A stretch of 63,785 nt of DNA, filler included, from Lenisia limosa (lineage: Eukaryota; Protista; Breviatea): assembly GCA_001655205.1 (NCBI GenBank). It is 15 parts of 15 records of this genome, joined end to end, with 100 filler letters (N's around TTAATTAATTAA, not from the genome) between each part and the next. Parts side by side here need not be neighbours in the genome. Positions count along the whole stretch, not along the records: positions 1 to 17,826 come from LPNZ01004637.1; 14 more parts are not named here. One strand, written 5' to 3'. Every line of letters begins with the position of its first letter. Position 1 is the first letter of the stretch. Under the pieces are notes generated by a model. The model did not search any database. It saw only the letters and a program-made list of their open reading frames with translations, and was not told where the DNA came from. The position numbers and the translations under genes were made by a program. Below are positions 1-12,736 of the stretch, piece after piece.

Positions 1-400
1 TGCCAAGGCCATGCTTGATGAGGGTGAGAACTGTTATAGGACTTGTTTCCACTAGCACTTGGTTGACCCTCTAGGCTACCACCCAATGACCATGTACTTC
101 CCCCTTGTCGTCCATGGTGCTATGCTTTATGAGCCTACTGAGAGTGGGTTTTGACGTATGATTATTGCAAAAAACAAAGAGTAATTAGAGAGTAATATGG
201 TGGTGTATTGAGAACAGCAGTAATATCCTCCAGGCGAGACCAAGAAGTCCCTCGACCAATTTGCTGACGTCATGACCAAGCTCATTGAGCGTGCGCGCGA
301 GGGTGACGTCGACTATTTCAAGAACGCTCCCTACCACACCCCGGTCCGCAGGGTAAACGAGGCCCAGGCTAACCGCAAGCCCATTCTCCGCTACAAGTAA
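1..400 (+). CDS. gcvPB: Glycine cleavage system P protein, subunit-2 (GcvPB)-type C-terminus; 5'-partial, 2 introns
   Basis: Exons <1-23, 75-143, 234-400 (GT-AG introns 24-74, 144-233) give [40 protein letters not shown]...NAPYHTPVRRVNEAQANRKPILRYK*. This matches the GcvPB C-terminal motifs HPxTxYFPL, EPTExE and APxxxPxRR. Confidence 0.9.
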
Positions 401-543
401 CTCTGATTCCCTCCTTTATTTTATTGATATCATTTTTCTTAATTCCACTCCACCTTTGGTTCCAGCAAATTACAAATACATCCATCTTCAGAGGCCTATC
501 ATAGAATACAGAGTCCGCATTTTAGACATTTGTACGGGGTAAG

Positions 544-2135
544 TTAGTCATCTGAGGGCACGTGATCAAAAACCTTGTCTGTTTCTTCAACAAAAAGATC
601 TGAATGGTGAATTCCAAAAGCGAGAATTATTATGCGAGTTAATAAATGTATGCTGGAGAATATGAAGATTTTCAAAACCCCAACCTGCTGATTCACCAAT
701 CTTCTTGTCTTCCAAAAAGAGCTGCTTCCCTGTTTTTCCTGGAAGGTGAAGTGCATAATCCCAATGTAATAAATGCAAACCTTCACTGAATGTTGGAAGG
801 GTGCTCGCCATTTCAATCTCAAACTTCTTACGCCACTCCATGAAATTCTCCCGAGTTACCGGGGTACCTAATGACCTATCGTATTCTTCCTGGAGATAAT
901 GAGACAACCTTAGTAGAATGCTCAGTAGAATGTGATATGAAACAACCCCCACCATTTCGATTCTTTTCCTCTCCGCTTCTTCAGCCGCCTCCTTCAACTC
1001 AGCAGCATGGACCTCGTCATTCATCCGGGCCAATGTCATTTCAACATGCTAAAGAAGTCACGTGGTGTTCAAACTTCTTCTGTGGTCAATATGGGTGGTT
1101 CTTGGCGCCGCTAATCATCCACTGAGCAAACCGCGTCAAGGGCATCTTTCACGACTTGAACCAGAATAAAGGCCATTTGCATTCCTAAGTTCTCTTCAAT
1201 CTAAACAAAATGAAAACATTTTACGCTGGCAAAAGCAACACTGTGTAATATCAGAGTGGAACCGTCAATGCAACGTTTTATACATCAAAACAGGTAAAGT
1301 CTGAACTTCCTAGTGCTCAGGGGCAATAATATCATCATACTATCATAGTTACATTATATCAATATAATGATATACTTTATCATGCTGAAAAGACAATTAA
1401 AAAAAAAAACATTTTCCCAACTGCTTAGCTTCAACAAAACAGAAAGAGGAATCCAGCATTATCCCCGTCACCATTCCAGCCCTACCTGTTCAGTGACTTG
1501 AGACATGGTCTCCAGGATGAATGTGCAGTCTTGAATGTCGTCCTCATATTCCTCCTCCTCAACCTCGAAGCCCTGGATCGGACGGAGAACCACTTCCGGT
1601 GCCTACACGTCAGGACGTATGGTTGTGATAATGAGAACAAGAAAAGCAGATTCCCTTCCTACCACTTCAGGGTATGTCTCAGGGTACGTGATCTCCATAA
1701 ACACTTGAGGGTCTGCGATGGATGATGATAGGTATGAACATATTAACAACATATTGAAAGGATGCCTCTTAGCCTTAATAAAAAAAGTATGTTTCATACA
1801 ACCCCACCAACCTATCAACTCATAGCCCTCGGGAGGGTCGTCGTGGTCACAAGGAAGGCATTTGACTTGGTATTTACGAGGAACCGAATCAGATATCACT
1901 GCAACATGAGCAGAAAAATCGAATAGGCTTTCACTGATATTAATTATAATACAAGAAAGCTTAACACTTTGGAAAACATAATTGAAACAAATAAAAGAGC
2001 AACAGAGTTTGCATAAAGTAATGTCCACCTTCGTATTCATCAAGGAAGATGGCTTCAAGTGACTCCATCTCCATAGCTTGCTCATCTTCATAATCTAAAC
2101 GTAAGGAGGGCAAAAAGAAGCCTGTACAAACCCAT
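544..2135 (-). CDS. RWDD1: RWD domain-containing protein 1 (Gir2/RWDD1), multi-exon
   Basis: Spliced peptide MDYEDEQAMEMESLEAIFLDEYE...MEITYPETYPEVAPEVVLR...EENLGMQMAFILVQVVK...GTPVTRENFMEWRKKFEIEM...KTGKQLFLED. It has the RWD YPxxYP motif and the RWDD1 GTPVT..F..W and TGKQLF motifs. Confidence 0.85.
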
Positions 2136-2355
2136 GGTTGCGAAAAAGAGTTTCTTCTAGACCAATAAAAGATTTATTTCGTAAATTACTGTAAGCAAAT
2201 ATACTAATATAGTGATATATATCCAGAGAGTTGCAAAAGGCACGAGAAAACCTTGAGAAAAAGCTGAAAGCTGAAAATACGTGAATTTAAACTCTTTTGT
2301 TTTTGTCCTTTGTCCTGTTTTCTCTCCAGCAATGTTTCAGTCTTCTAGCAACAAT

Positions 2356-5300
2356 ATGAATATATTTTATCTCCTTCTTTTGAGTTCACTCGTTTGCGTG
2401 TCGATTGCCTCAATCCCCCTGTGAGCGACCTTTCATTAGTCCGAAAATGCTGTTTTTCTCACCCCATCCAGACAATACTCTTCAGACAGCAAACTTGACG
2501 GCTCATTTAATGGTTAGTGTTATCTGTCACCTCAGGAACCGCACCGTTCATCATTGCAGTTGTTGAGGCCGCCAACCTCACAGTGTCTTCAGTCAATGGT
2601 AAAAACTATGATGAACTCGTGGCCCTAGTCGACACACTGCAGGTTTGTGGGCCGAGGGTGGTGGGTGGATAATAGGTAAATGCGCATGCAGGTGGCTAAT
2701 TTTGTTGAAATAACGAGTGAGCTATCTTGTTGGATTATTTTGATATTTACAGGCCACTGTTGCCAAGAACAAGATCGTCTCAACCACAACGTCATTCCTG
2801 GGAATCTTGCCTGGTTTGCTAAAAGGGATGGTGTTTGATGGTTGACAGATATTAGTTTATTTAGTAGAGCTCCAGACAATTAATATTAGTATTACTAATT
2901 TATTCATAGTATATAGTATGTATTATTATTTTTCATCATTTATATTATTCTACTAAGCCACGTTCCCAATTGGGTAATAACGGGCTTGAGCTGACAGTAT
3001 AGCAACATGGACCACCGTGATGTCCCTCTCAATCCCGGTCATCACATCGGCCAAAGCCATGATACGAGCAGAGCTTTGCCCACAAGTATGTAGTTTTGTC
3101 CCTGAGTCTATTGTATACCTTCTCACACGATAGATTGTGGGCACTGAGTTGCTGCAATGCCGTTTCAAACCAGGTTTGTCCTCTTTTGTATACGGTGATA
3201 ACAACTCATCCTATTCTTTCTGGTGACTTCATATTAATCTATAATTCAATGCCTCTTATAAACGTGAGTGGACGGCTTCGGCCAGATGCAACCTTTTTGA
3301 TTTCTCGTCTCTCGTTCTCCATATAATTGTATATATCATGCATATACTATCATTTGGGTAATATTGTACCAACGCAGAAGTTAACTCTNNNNNNNNNNNN
3401 NNNNNNNNNNNGTCTGATTCCTTTAGATGTCAACCATAGAGAGCTTGGGAGGCCTGCTAGCGATGGTGAGAGTCTTGCTCAGTGTTTTTCAACTGTTACT
3501 CGGTTTTTATAAGTGTCTGGAAAATTGTAATGTTGATTGAGGATTTGTGGACAGTGATTCAGCAAGGCAGGCTATCCAGTAACAATTACAGGTCTTATTT
3601 GTCTCACAATGACAACTGTGCGAGACATACCGGTTTCCACTGTCATTGAAGTAAGTTAAGAAAGGCCTGCCTTAACAAAAGTGCTGGGCTTGCCGTGACT
3701 GTTTCAGGTAGAATGTCAGGCTGCTTCCGGAGTCACGTTTGCAAGCACTGACAACGGCCTTGCTGTCATTCATTCCTTATCTGCACGTGAGTAGGGGATT
3801 TTATAGGACCCTTCACTGCAACGATGCGCTGCAGAAACTGGCCTTGGCTTTTTGTTTTGTTTTTAACCAGTTGATTTTAGTTTTTTGTCATCAAAAATGT
3901 TTTTGACACTTTTTTGGGGCGCAAATCGTCTCGATAGGGGATACTAATTTCATCACTAAATTTCTCATCCCCATTCTTAATTGATTATGACCATTGACGC
4001 TTTAGTTATTATTCCTGGCGGCTTTGTGTCAAGCAAGGTTGTCCCTCCTGCTGAGTCTGTGACGGGAACGAATTCCTATATTGGTGGGTAGGGAACCATA
4101 TCATTGACACATCAGACCGAATTGATAAATGCACTGATTTACGGAAATTGTCAATCTTCTTTGTGAAACATTAAAAGATTATTCTTGTTGCCCAGGAGGT
4201 AAAGATGAACTTTCTGTGGCCTTCAACCCGCTGATCTTCCCCCAGCTGATGTGGTGTACTCTGACCTGACCTCGTGGTCCGCATCCGTGACCCCTCCTGA
4301 ACCTTCTGTGGCCTTCACCACAATGGACATCAGCATTTCAGTTCCTGGCTCCACCTGGGTCTCCGCTGAGTTTTCACAGACTGGTATGATTTTAATGATG
4401 GGATCTTTTTTAAAACACTCTGTCAGAGAATAGGTACAACATATTGTCCAATACATGAATTACGTTTCAAATAAAACACATGTTTCTGTGAAATAATACC
4501 TATTTGGTTTAACTATTTAAGATTTAATTTTCAGGTTATGCGGACGGTATTAGAGGAGTCCATTGGCAACTTGTTCCAAATTACTCTGTCAGCCCCGTTA
4601 GAATCTCAACCGTTGAGTCAGGTTGGTGTTAGTCATTATGGCGATACCAATTCCCTGTCAACAAATAACTGATATCTAGGCGTACCAGTTGACGCCGTTT
4701 TCCAAAGAGGGCATGGATCAGGGTAAGTCCAACCACGCTACACGTTTAGCTAATCCCCCCCACCCCCCAGTACTGCCAACTTTAAAATGGGTGAAATCAA
4801 CCTTGTTGCATTCCCTCAGTCAGTTGTCAATGATTATGAATTGTGAGTTGTCATTTTTGCTTTGCATGGGTTCTGTATCCTCTCTCTGACCTTTCAGTGT
4901 TGGTAATGTGAAGAGCATTGACTTTTCTACTGCACCAAGGTTGGAGGGCTTTGAATAGATCCACAATGCAAATGGCTGCTGTCTCTCGGGGATGAATGAT
5001 AACATTTCTTCGTTACCCTTCAGCACAATAGCAACCACGAAGACCTTTATGCTTACTGAAGCTTCACCCGTCATGCTTTACGGGACTTTCGGTATCAGCC
5101 CGAAGGGAACTGGTGACCATCTTTTCACTATCAAGTTCTATGTAGGCACTTGTTACCATTAAACACGGTTGATTCCGAGCCTGATTAACTCATCAGGCTA
5201 ATAGCCATCTTCTGACAACTAAAATCGTTGGGTCCGCTTACACAGCTGGCTATGACGCTGCCTTCCATGTGACTTGGTGAGCCCCCCCCCCCCTTTACAA

Positions 5301-5576
5301 ATCTTGTCTTTGCTGCTCAATAAAAATATCGTGGGTTTTTGTGCATGCTATTCATTTCCATGACGTTCAATCAGTCAGATATTTTGATAACGTTGACTGA
5401 TTAGGTTCGGCAACTTGCCTTCAGGGTTCTTTACATTCTCAGTTTCCGTTGAGGGACCGGTGGGTGTTAATAAGGCCATTAATATTCATTAACTACCCCA
5501 GGGGACAGCATCTGATGGTGGGTCATATGGCAACATCTGGGACCAGCACTTGATTGCCCTTGTGATAAACCCTTAG
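2356..5576 (+). CDS. Secreted/surface protein of unknown function, beta-strand rich, >15 exons
   Basis: Signal-peptide-like start MNIFYLLLLSSLVCVSIA. Phase-consistent GT-AG exons, e.g. GTAPFIIAVVEAANLTVSSVN, IATWTTVMSLSIPVITSAK, DVVYSDLTSWSASVTPPEPSVAF; last exon GTASDGGSYGNIWDQHLIALVINP*. No family recognised. Confidence 0.6.
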
Positions 5577-5795
5577 AGTATCTGTTTTTGTTTAATTTTG
5601 ATAGAGTCGTGTCATCAGCTAAAATACTGAGAGTCTGGGGAAGTACTCGCATCAAGTCTGGTGATGCTTTTTAAATAATAATCAACTGGAATAAATCAAA
5701 TACAACAAGTAGCTAGTATTTCAGCTTCACCTTGGTGCTTCAAAGCAATAACAAATGAATCAAGAACTATACCATAACAAGCCAAAAAGCACAAT

Positions 5796-8491
5796 CTAAG
5801 AGTACTTCTTCATATCCTCCACAGTGATAGCTTGGGCTAAAAGTAATAAGACATTTCCTTATAACTGGAAACTATTGGACATGACTTAACAAAACAATTC
5901 ATAATCCGTTACCTACCAAGATCCTCGTTAGAGAAACTCTCACGGAAACGGTAGAAGTTGTGCGGTGCTTCGTCCAAAAACTCCTTTACCCACTCAGCCA
6001 TCCTAAACCATAAGAAAAGGCCTGGGATCCAAGCCCCAAAAGTGTTATTTCTTAATAAAACGAATCTATCCGTCTTTTCTTCGAAGTGGGCAGAGTTCTT
6101 ACCTCTTCTCCTTATGCTCTATCTGGAAGATATGGTCGTAAATGACGTTGGTGCGGTATTCATCTCGGACATCCTTTTGCGTAAAAAAGGGTAGTAGGAC
6201 TAATGACCAAGAGTAAAAATTATGTAGTATGGCACAGTGTATCATATGATATCCTATCAAATCATGTTATAATACATAATATAATATAATACAATAGTAG
6301 TATAGTATCATATAATAAATCTAAAAAAAAACCATTCCAATATCGCTACCCACAGCATAGTCAACAAAAGACACGTCAGCATGGTTAGGGTAGCGCTTGT
6401 TGTAGGATTCGTAATGAGTCTCCTCAAGAACAAGGCCAAGTCCCTATTGGGTGAGAAAGATGATTTGTTTCACAAATAGATATCAGTAACCGCTTACAGG
6501 AGAGAAGGGGACTGGGAAGTACTGCTTGGTGAAGGTCTAAAAGAAGTAAGAAACAAACATGAACACGAAGTACTGTTCATTTAATTTTTTTAAAAAAGAC
6601 ATACCTGAGGAATAATGGAGAGAGGGGCATAGCCCTTTTTGACAGCAATCATCATACCTAGCAGCGTGAGGTTTATGAGTNNNNNNNNNNNNNNNNNNNN
6701 NNNNNNNNNNNNNNNNNNNNNNNNNNNNNNNNNNNNNNNNNNNNNNNNNNNNNNNNNNNNNNNNNNNNNNNNNNNNNNNNNNNNNNNNNNNNNNNNGACT
6801 GCCCAATAACAGTGCAAACAACAAACTCATCTTTGTACTTGTTCACAAAGGGCTTGGAACACTAAATGCGTTACATTGAAACATCTGCGAAAAGAAAGAC
6901 AATATATTACCTGATGCCGAGTGAAGGGAACCAATGGGAAAACATACTTTGAAAGACATGATGTAGCGATTCGCCTGTGCCTCGTTATGTGCAATACGTG
7001 AGGTGTAGTTCCAATAGTTCCTTGTGCCTTCGTACATCTGGAAAGTAAGCCAATTTGATTGTTCATTAACACCATCAATAAAACCAACCAGAACCAGCAT
7101 ACCGCAAGAATCTTATTGACGTGTTCTCTTTCATTCTCTGTGAAGACGTAATCGTCAGCGTTGTCTAAGAAGGGACAGAGAACCTAATGGATAATGAATG
7201 TTGCTTAAGGATGTCTACCTTAGTGGGGATGAGGTACGTGTAAGTACGCTTCATGCAGGCGTTTTTGGGGTTGAAGCCTCCTTGAGAATGGTGAAAAAAG
7301 AGCAAATAGAAGGATTCAAAAAGTTGACTGAGAATAAAGCAGTTTCTCACCAGTTACGACACGAACACCAAACACTCGAATGTCTTCTGGCAGATGCTCA
7401 TTCAACCGAGCCACTGTAACCTCTTCCTCTTCATCCGGGACTGGTGGGTCAACAGCAAACGGCAACAGAAATAGAAATGAGGAATAAAAAGGTACCAGTA
7501 TATATATATATATATATATATCATATGATATACACTGTCCGTAATAATTCTTGTCCGACTTTTCTCAATAGAAGATAAAATCGATCAAGACTTACTATGG
7601 TCTCTGTGTATCAGGCTATAACCTCCAATACTATGATCACCATCATCATAAAAGCAATTGTGAATTGAGTATCCCTTCAACATACGTTGTGCGCGAAGAG
7701 AGACACATTGCCCCACAGCTGAGACGCCCTTGTCTGTTCTAGCTGCCCGCTGGAAGCCATACTACGTTGTTAGGATGGGTCTGATCCCTTTATAAAACAG
7801 TAGAAGAAGCCAATGAAGGTGAGAAGTAACTCACGAGCTTTTAAATCACACCCTTCAAAGAAATTGACTTATTCCAGGATAACCATCCATTCATTTCGAT
7901 ACCCAATCTTTTACTTGATTGTTATGACCCTTTTATATATATTTAATTGGGCTTGAATAAGACTGATTTTATCTATACCATCTACAAATGTCAATATTTT
8001 CCAGTATTTTCAATTGTAGATCGTTTTTATTGTAGAATATTACCCAGAGTTAGATCCACCTTTGCTATTACGTACGCAGACCTTTGTCATATCTTCAGAG
8101 TTGGTTTCACTGACAAGCTTGGTAGCCTTGAGGGCTTTTCTCAGCTCCTCTTCAATTGTAACTGCATCAGGATTCCTTAGTAGTGATTGTGGATATTTTA
8201 AGAGAATAATTCGATAAATATATATAAAAGCTCATCTTTGCGAGTGCCTTTTCAACAGGCAATGACGCTTACCTCTGCATTCCTTGGTAGTTCGCTCCAA
8301 GATACATCATGAGAATGACAATTCTCTTTTTGCCAATCTTCTTGGCCGTCTGAACGTCCCCAGCTTCCTCTTGCTGAGCCAGTAAGGACCTATCGAAGGC
8401 AGAAGAGACTCACCTTCTCCAGCTTGGGAACAGGTGCGGGAGCCTCCGCAAGTGGCCGCTTCAAAGTCGGATCTTCAATGCTCTCTGACAT
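5796..8491 (-). CDS. PUS1: tRNA pseudouridine synthase, TruA/PUS1 family, multi-exon
   Basis: Spliced motifs YLGANYQGMQRNP, YGFQRAARTDKGVSAVGQCVS (catalytic RTD), LPEDIRVFG, NACMKRTYTYLIP, YEGTRNYWNYT, VIGQS, GLGLVLE. Confidence 0.9.
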
Positions 8492-8874
8492 TATGGTTTT
8501 ACTAGGTGTTATAAGAGGGGCAAGAATCGCCAGAAGGAAGCGAAAAGGGACCATATATAAACCCTGCAGATCTTCATATTTAACCTGAATTTTTTTTGAA
8601 GATTTCAAGCATTATTAAGGCACTTATCTAAGATTGATTAGCTTAATTTATACAAAAAGTTCATTTGACTAGAGAGTTAACCCAGTTTAGTCCCGAATGT
8701 TTGGTAAAACCGTTCACTCTTGACTCTTGCAACCCCCCTCTGTGCTCTCTATCCCATAAACACCTTCACAGGATAGTGAACTCTCATTTTACACCGAACT
8801 TTTGAGGCTTCCTCTTTCCCATCTTCTCCTTCAACTGTTTCTTTTGAGTCCGGGATTGACCCCGGACTCCCATC

Positions 8875-11800
8875 ATGGTGAGTGCCCAATGGTTTTATGT
8901 GTTATTCTTGGAAATAAAAGGATATTTAAATGGTGTGAGACAGTTGGTTGAAGATTTAGGTACACGACTTTTCGTCCATTCGAAAGCAGCTGATCTTCTC
9001 GCCAGCCCCCAGCAAGAAGAAGAACCTCCCCCAATCCGCCAAGGCCATCTCGCCGCCATCCCGTCCCGTCCAGTTCCCTGAAGTCAACTTCGACAATACC
9101 CCGTCACCGGGGGTCCTGGTCGAAGTTCGAAATCTCTCGCCAAGGTAAGCCTGTTTCCTGTGGTGGTTGAATGGCCGTTTCCATAACCGACTGCAGTTTG
9201 CGTGTCACGCCGCCGCTTACGTCAGAGTCCGAAACCCCAACTTCTGTATTACGTTCCCCGGTAGGATGGTGGAAAACTGGGTCTTGAACTGTTTCCTAAG
9301 ATAATGTCAAACGTTTATGCTTTTTGAAAGAGAAATACTAGGGGAATGGGGATTCAATCATAAGAAATGGTAACAACAGCCTGGAATTCATTGTTTTTAG
9401 GTACAAAGAGAGAGGGGTCATGTGGAGAATACAATAAACTCACCAGCAAATGCACTCTAAGTGTGGCATACTCTATCACAGATTTCGTTAACTCTTTGAG
9501 CAATTCCCTCATATTGAACTTTTTCCCATGAAATACACAGTCACATGACATTGACAGAAGGGGGATGAGAACCGAGGCCTCGCTCTCAGGTGGGGTGACG
9601 GCAAAAAAGGCAGAACCGCCGCTCTTCAAGACGCTTTCAGATCCGCTTCCGCAGCCACCACACCAACCTCTACCACTTCTAACACTGCCAATCATGACGA
9701 TAAGGATGAGCTTGAAGAATCAATACAGCCGCCTAAGAAGAAGCACAAGAACAAAGACCTATCCCCCATTCATCCCCGGGTTGTATCTGGCCCAGACCGC
9801 ACAGATGGAGCCACGCCAACCGCAGAAAGCGTCGATTTCTTCAGTGCTCCCCTCGAAGAGGCCACACCAAAATCAAGAAAAAAGAAGAAGAAGAAGAAGA
9901 AGAGCCCCGCATCATTAGAGCCTACACCCGAGATTAAGGAAATTGACAAGGTCCATGAGCCCGAAGTCTTTGCCACCATTTCTACTGAAGATTTCCCGCT
10001 TCCCCCCATTAGTCCCCCTCGTGATACAGAAAACTTTGAGAACGACATTGAACGCGAAGCTGAAGTGGTGGTACCCGAGAGTCCCCTGTTGGCCAGCCCG
10101 GCCCGCGTGACAAAATCTCTACTTGAGAAGGAAGACGAGCTGCTCAACACCCCCGAGATAGGTAACAACCACTTTGCTACTGAGATTGTAAACCCGTTTT
10201 CCACTGGCCGGGGTGTGGACCGCATTGAGGAACCCACCCCTTATGATGCGGAAAAGGAGTTTGTTGAAGAGGAGCCTTCTGTCATGGAGCCAGCGGAAGA
10301 GGTTGAAGATGAGCCGTCCAATGAAGACAACAGCCTCAGTGACATTGATTTGGATGCTCCAACAGAGACCACTAGCACTGACTTGTCCGTTGAAGAGGTT
10401 TGAAAATGATGTCTCTATTACCCGTCTAGAGTATAGGGTTAGTTGTTTTAATGGATGTTTGTTTATGGTGTATCAAAAAATGTTTTCTCACAACAACAGG
10501 TTAGCGAAGTTGGTCGGAAGAAAAAAGGGCGAAAAAAGCGGAAGCCGAAAATGGAAGATGCGTCCACAACACCCACCAAGCCAGGATCTATCGATCCACC
10601 ACCGTCAGCTCCTCCCGCCCCAAGCCATGAACTCCCTCCAAGCCATCACGTATGTTGTGCTGTTTAATAATGCACGGGATTGTCCAGGCTGTGTCGTAAC
10701 TATTTAGCCATCAGTCCCACAAATGCCGTCCTATTATGGGCAAATGCCCCCTTACAGTCACCATCCTCAAATGTGAGCTCTTTGTTTTATTAGCTTGCAA
10801 TCGCAGAAACACAAGAAAATAGCCAGGGGCAATCACATTATTAGTCAGCGTTTTTCTCTCAATCTCTTCATAGAGTAGAATATCACGTAGCCGTAAGCAA
10901 TCTGTTTGACGCAAATTGAGCCAAAACGCTATCGCTCTTTTGTTTGATTTCCCAGGTACTACGGACGTGAAATGCAGCCCATGTACCCTCCAAGATACCC
11001 CCAGAGATATGGTATGGTGCTTAATCCAGGCAGGATGAGAGATAATAAATGTTGAAAACTAACTCAACAGGGCACCCAAGTAACCCGATGTACCCCCCTA
11101 CATCGCCAGCACCAACAAGTTGGAAAAGGGAGTTGAAATAGCATCAGTTATTATATTGTTTTTTTTTTTAGGGCTTATGATATAATGCTATTTCTTCCTC
11201 CAGGGAGAGGGTACCCCGGCATGGACCAGTCCAACAGCCCGTTGACGCCGACATCTAGACTTGTTGAGGTACCAGATGTCAAGGAAGTCGAAGTCATTCA
11301 TCCGCACACTGGCCAAGTCTCGAGCGAAAGTCAGTTGCTGAGATTATTGGCCGTTGTTTCTATCCCTCTTATGGTATCTAGTTTTGTTGTCACGCCGTAC
11401 TAAGGACGAGGGTGAAGAAACGCAGAAGGGGCTTAGGCTTTTCCTCTCCCATGAAAGGCCAGAAGTAAGGGGCTGGGGGAAGAGTCATGTACCTTTTTTG
11501 CTTGGTTTTGTTTGTTTGTTTAATTGTTATTTAGCTGGGGCTTCGATGTGGGCGAATGACACTCCAACCAGGTTCATTAAAGACGTTGTCTACACTGGAT
11601 ATTGAAACTAGCTTGGTTAGCGGAGGTTTTATTTCTCCACTTTTTTGCATCCCTTTGATTTCTTATTTTTGTAGGCATTTACGGTTATCCGAGGCATGAT
11701 ACTCACACATGTATGATTGGGAATGTCAAAATTATCTTTTTGGTACCGAAGTGAAGCCCTACTTCGATAAACCCAGGGATACTATCAATAAAAATTACCA

Positions 11801-12152
11801 CACACCGCCGTATTATGGTCCAGGTGAACAATGTGTTCAATATCGCGAGAGCTGGAGACATCCTGGTGGTACCTCGAGGGGCTCAGTATTCCTTTGGTAA
11901 GCCTTCACCCGTCTTCTGAATATTGATCAACCCTCTGTCAAAGTTTGCCGGTGTAACAGTTCAGAAAATCGAACAAAGAACACAGTCCTCATTACCTGGG
12001 TGGCTGTTGATGTGCCAGTTCCACAGGTGAGTTGCCTTCATCTTGACCCTTGTCATCACGATTGTTTGAACTACGTCGCTTATGATCTCTAATGTCGTTT
12101 TCAGGCTTATCCGTACGGAGAAATGGAGATCCCCCCCTACATGATGCAATAG
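8875..12152 (+). CDS. Low-complexity protein with C-terminal cupin resembling CENP-C/Mif2
   Basis: Long Ser/Pro/Glu/Lys-rich region with basic NLS-like runs. C-terminal exons give LRCGRMTLQPGSLKTL...AFTVIRGMILTHVNNVFNIARAGDILVVPRGAQYSF, similar to the Mif2/CENP-C cupin pattern (G.L.L.PG..K...F.V..G.V.V.I.......G....VPRGN.YS). No central CENP-C motif found. Confidence 0.55.
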
Positions 12153-12736
12153 TTGTACAGTATTTCGTTTTGTATTTGTTATTTTGTTGTTTCTATGATT
12201 TGTTCTTTTATTCATGATAGATTCATGACCCCCGCACCCCCGCATCTGTTGTATTTGGTATTTCAATTGCATTTTGTAATTACAAATGCACCATACTGAC
12301 ATATCGATATACGCATATGCACACAATATGCACGCATATATTGATGGTGTATTCTGCTATTCTGCAAGTATTCTGTGCAGATTCTGAGTGTATCAGCAAT
12401 GTATCAGGAGTGTATTGATAAGTTGGTAGGGTTTTTTGTCAAAGGGGTTGCAAGACAATAGATGAGGAACGAGCTGTGAAAGTAAAATCGTAATTTGTAA
12501 TAGACTGGTAATAAAAGTTGAAATCGATTCAACATTCAAACAAAATGCAGCAAAATATCCCGTCGTGAATCTGGTATATATATCTGGTCTGTAAATATTG
12601 TATTAATTAGATTCATAATAACAGATTCTTATAGGCTGATAGTTGGTCGGTCTGATTTGGTCACTCAGAGAAGGAGTTTACAGACTTAATCAAAGCAAGT
12701 TTCAGCACTAAAATCTATAGAAAACAGTGTATTAGT

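Noticed and set aside
1049-1131. Two micro-introns (21 and 26 nt) flanking a 36-nt exon in RWDD1
   Set aside because: A single 83-nt intron gives an in-frame product that fits RWDD1 length better.
2599-2628. 30-nt intron in the surface-protein gene
   Set aside because: The segment is open and in frame (GKNYDELVAL), so no intron is needed.
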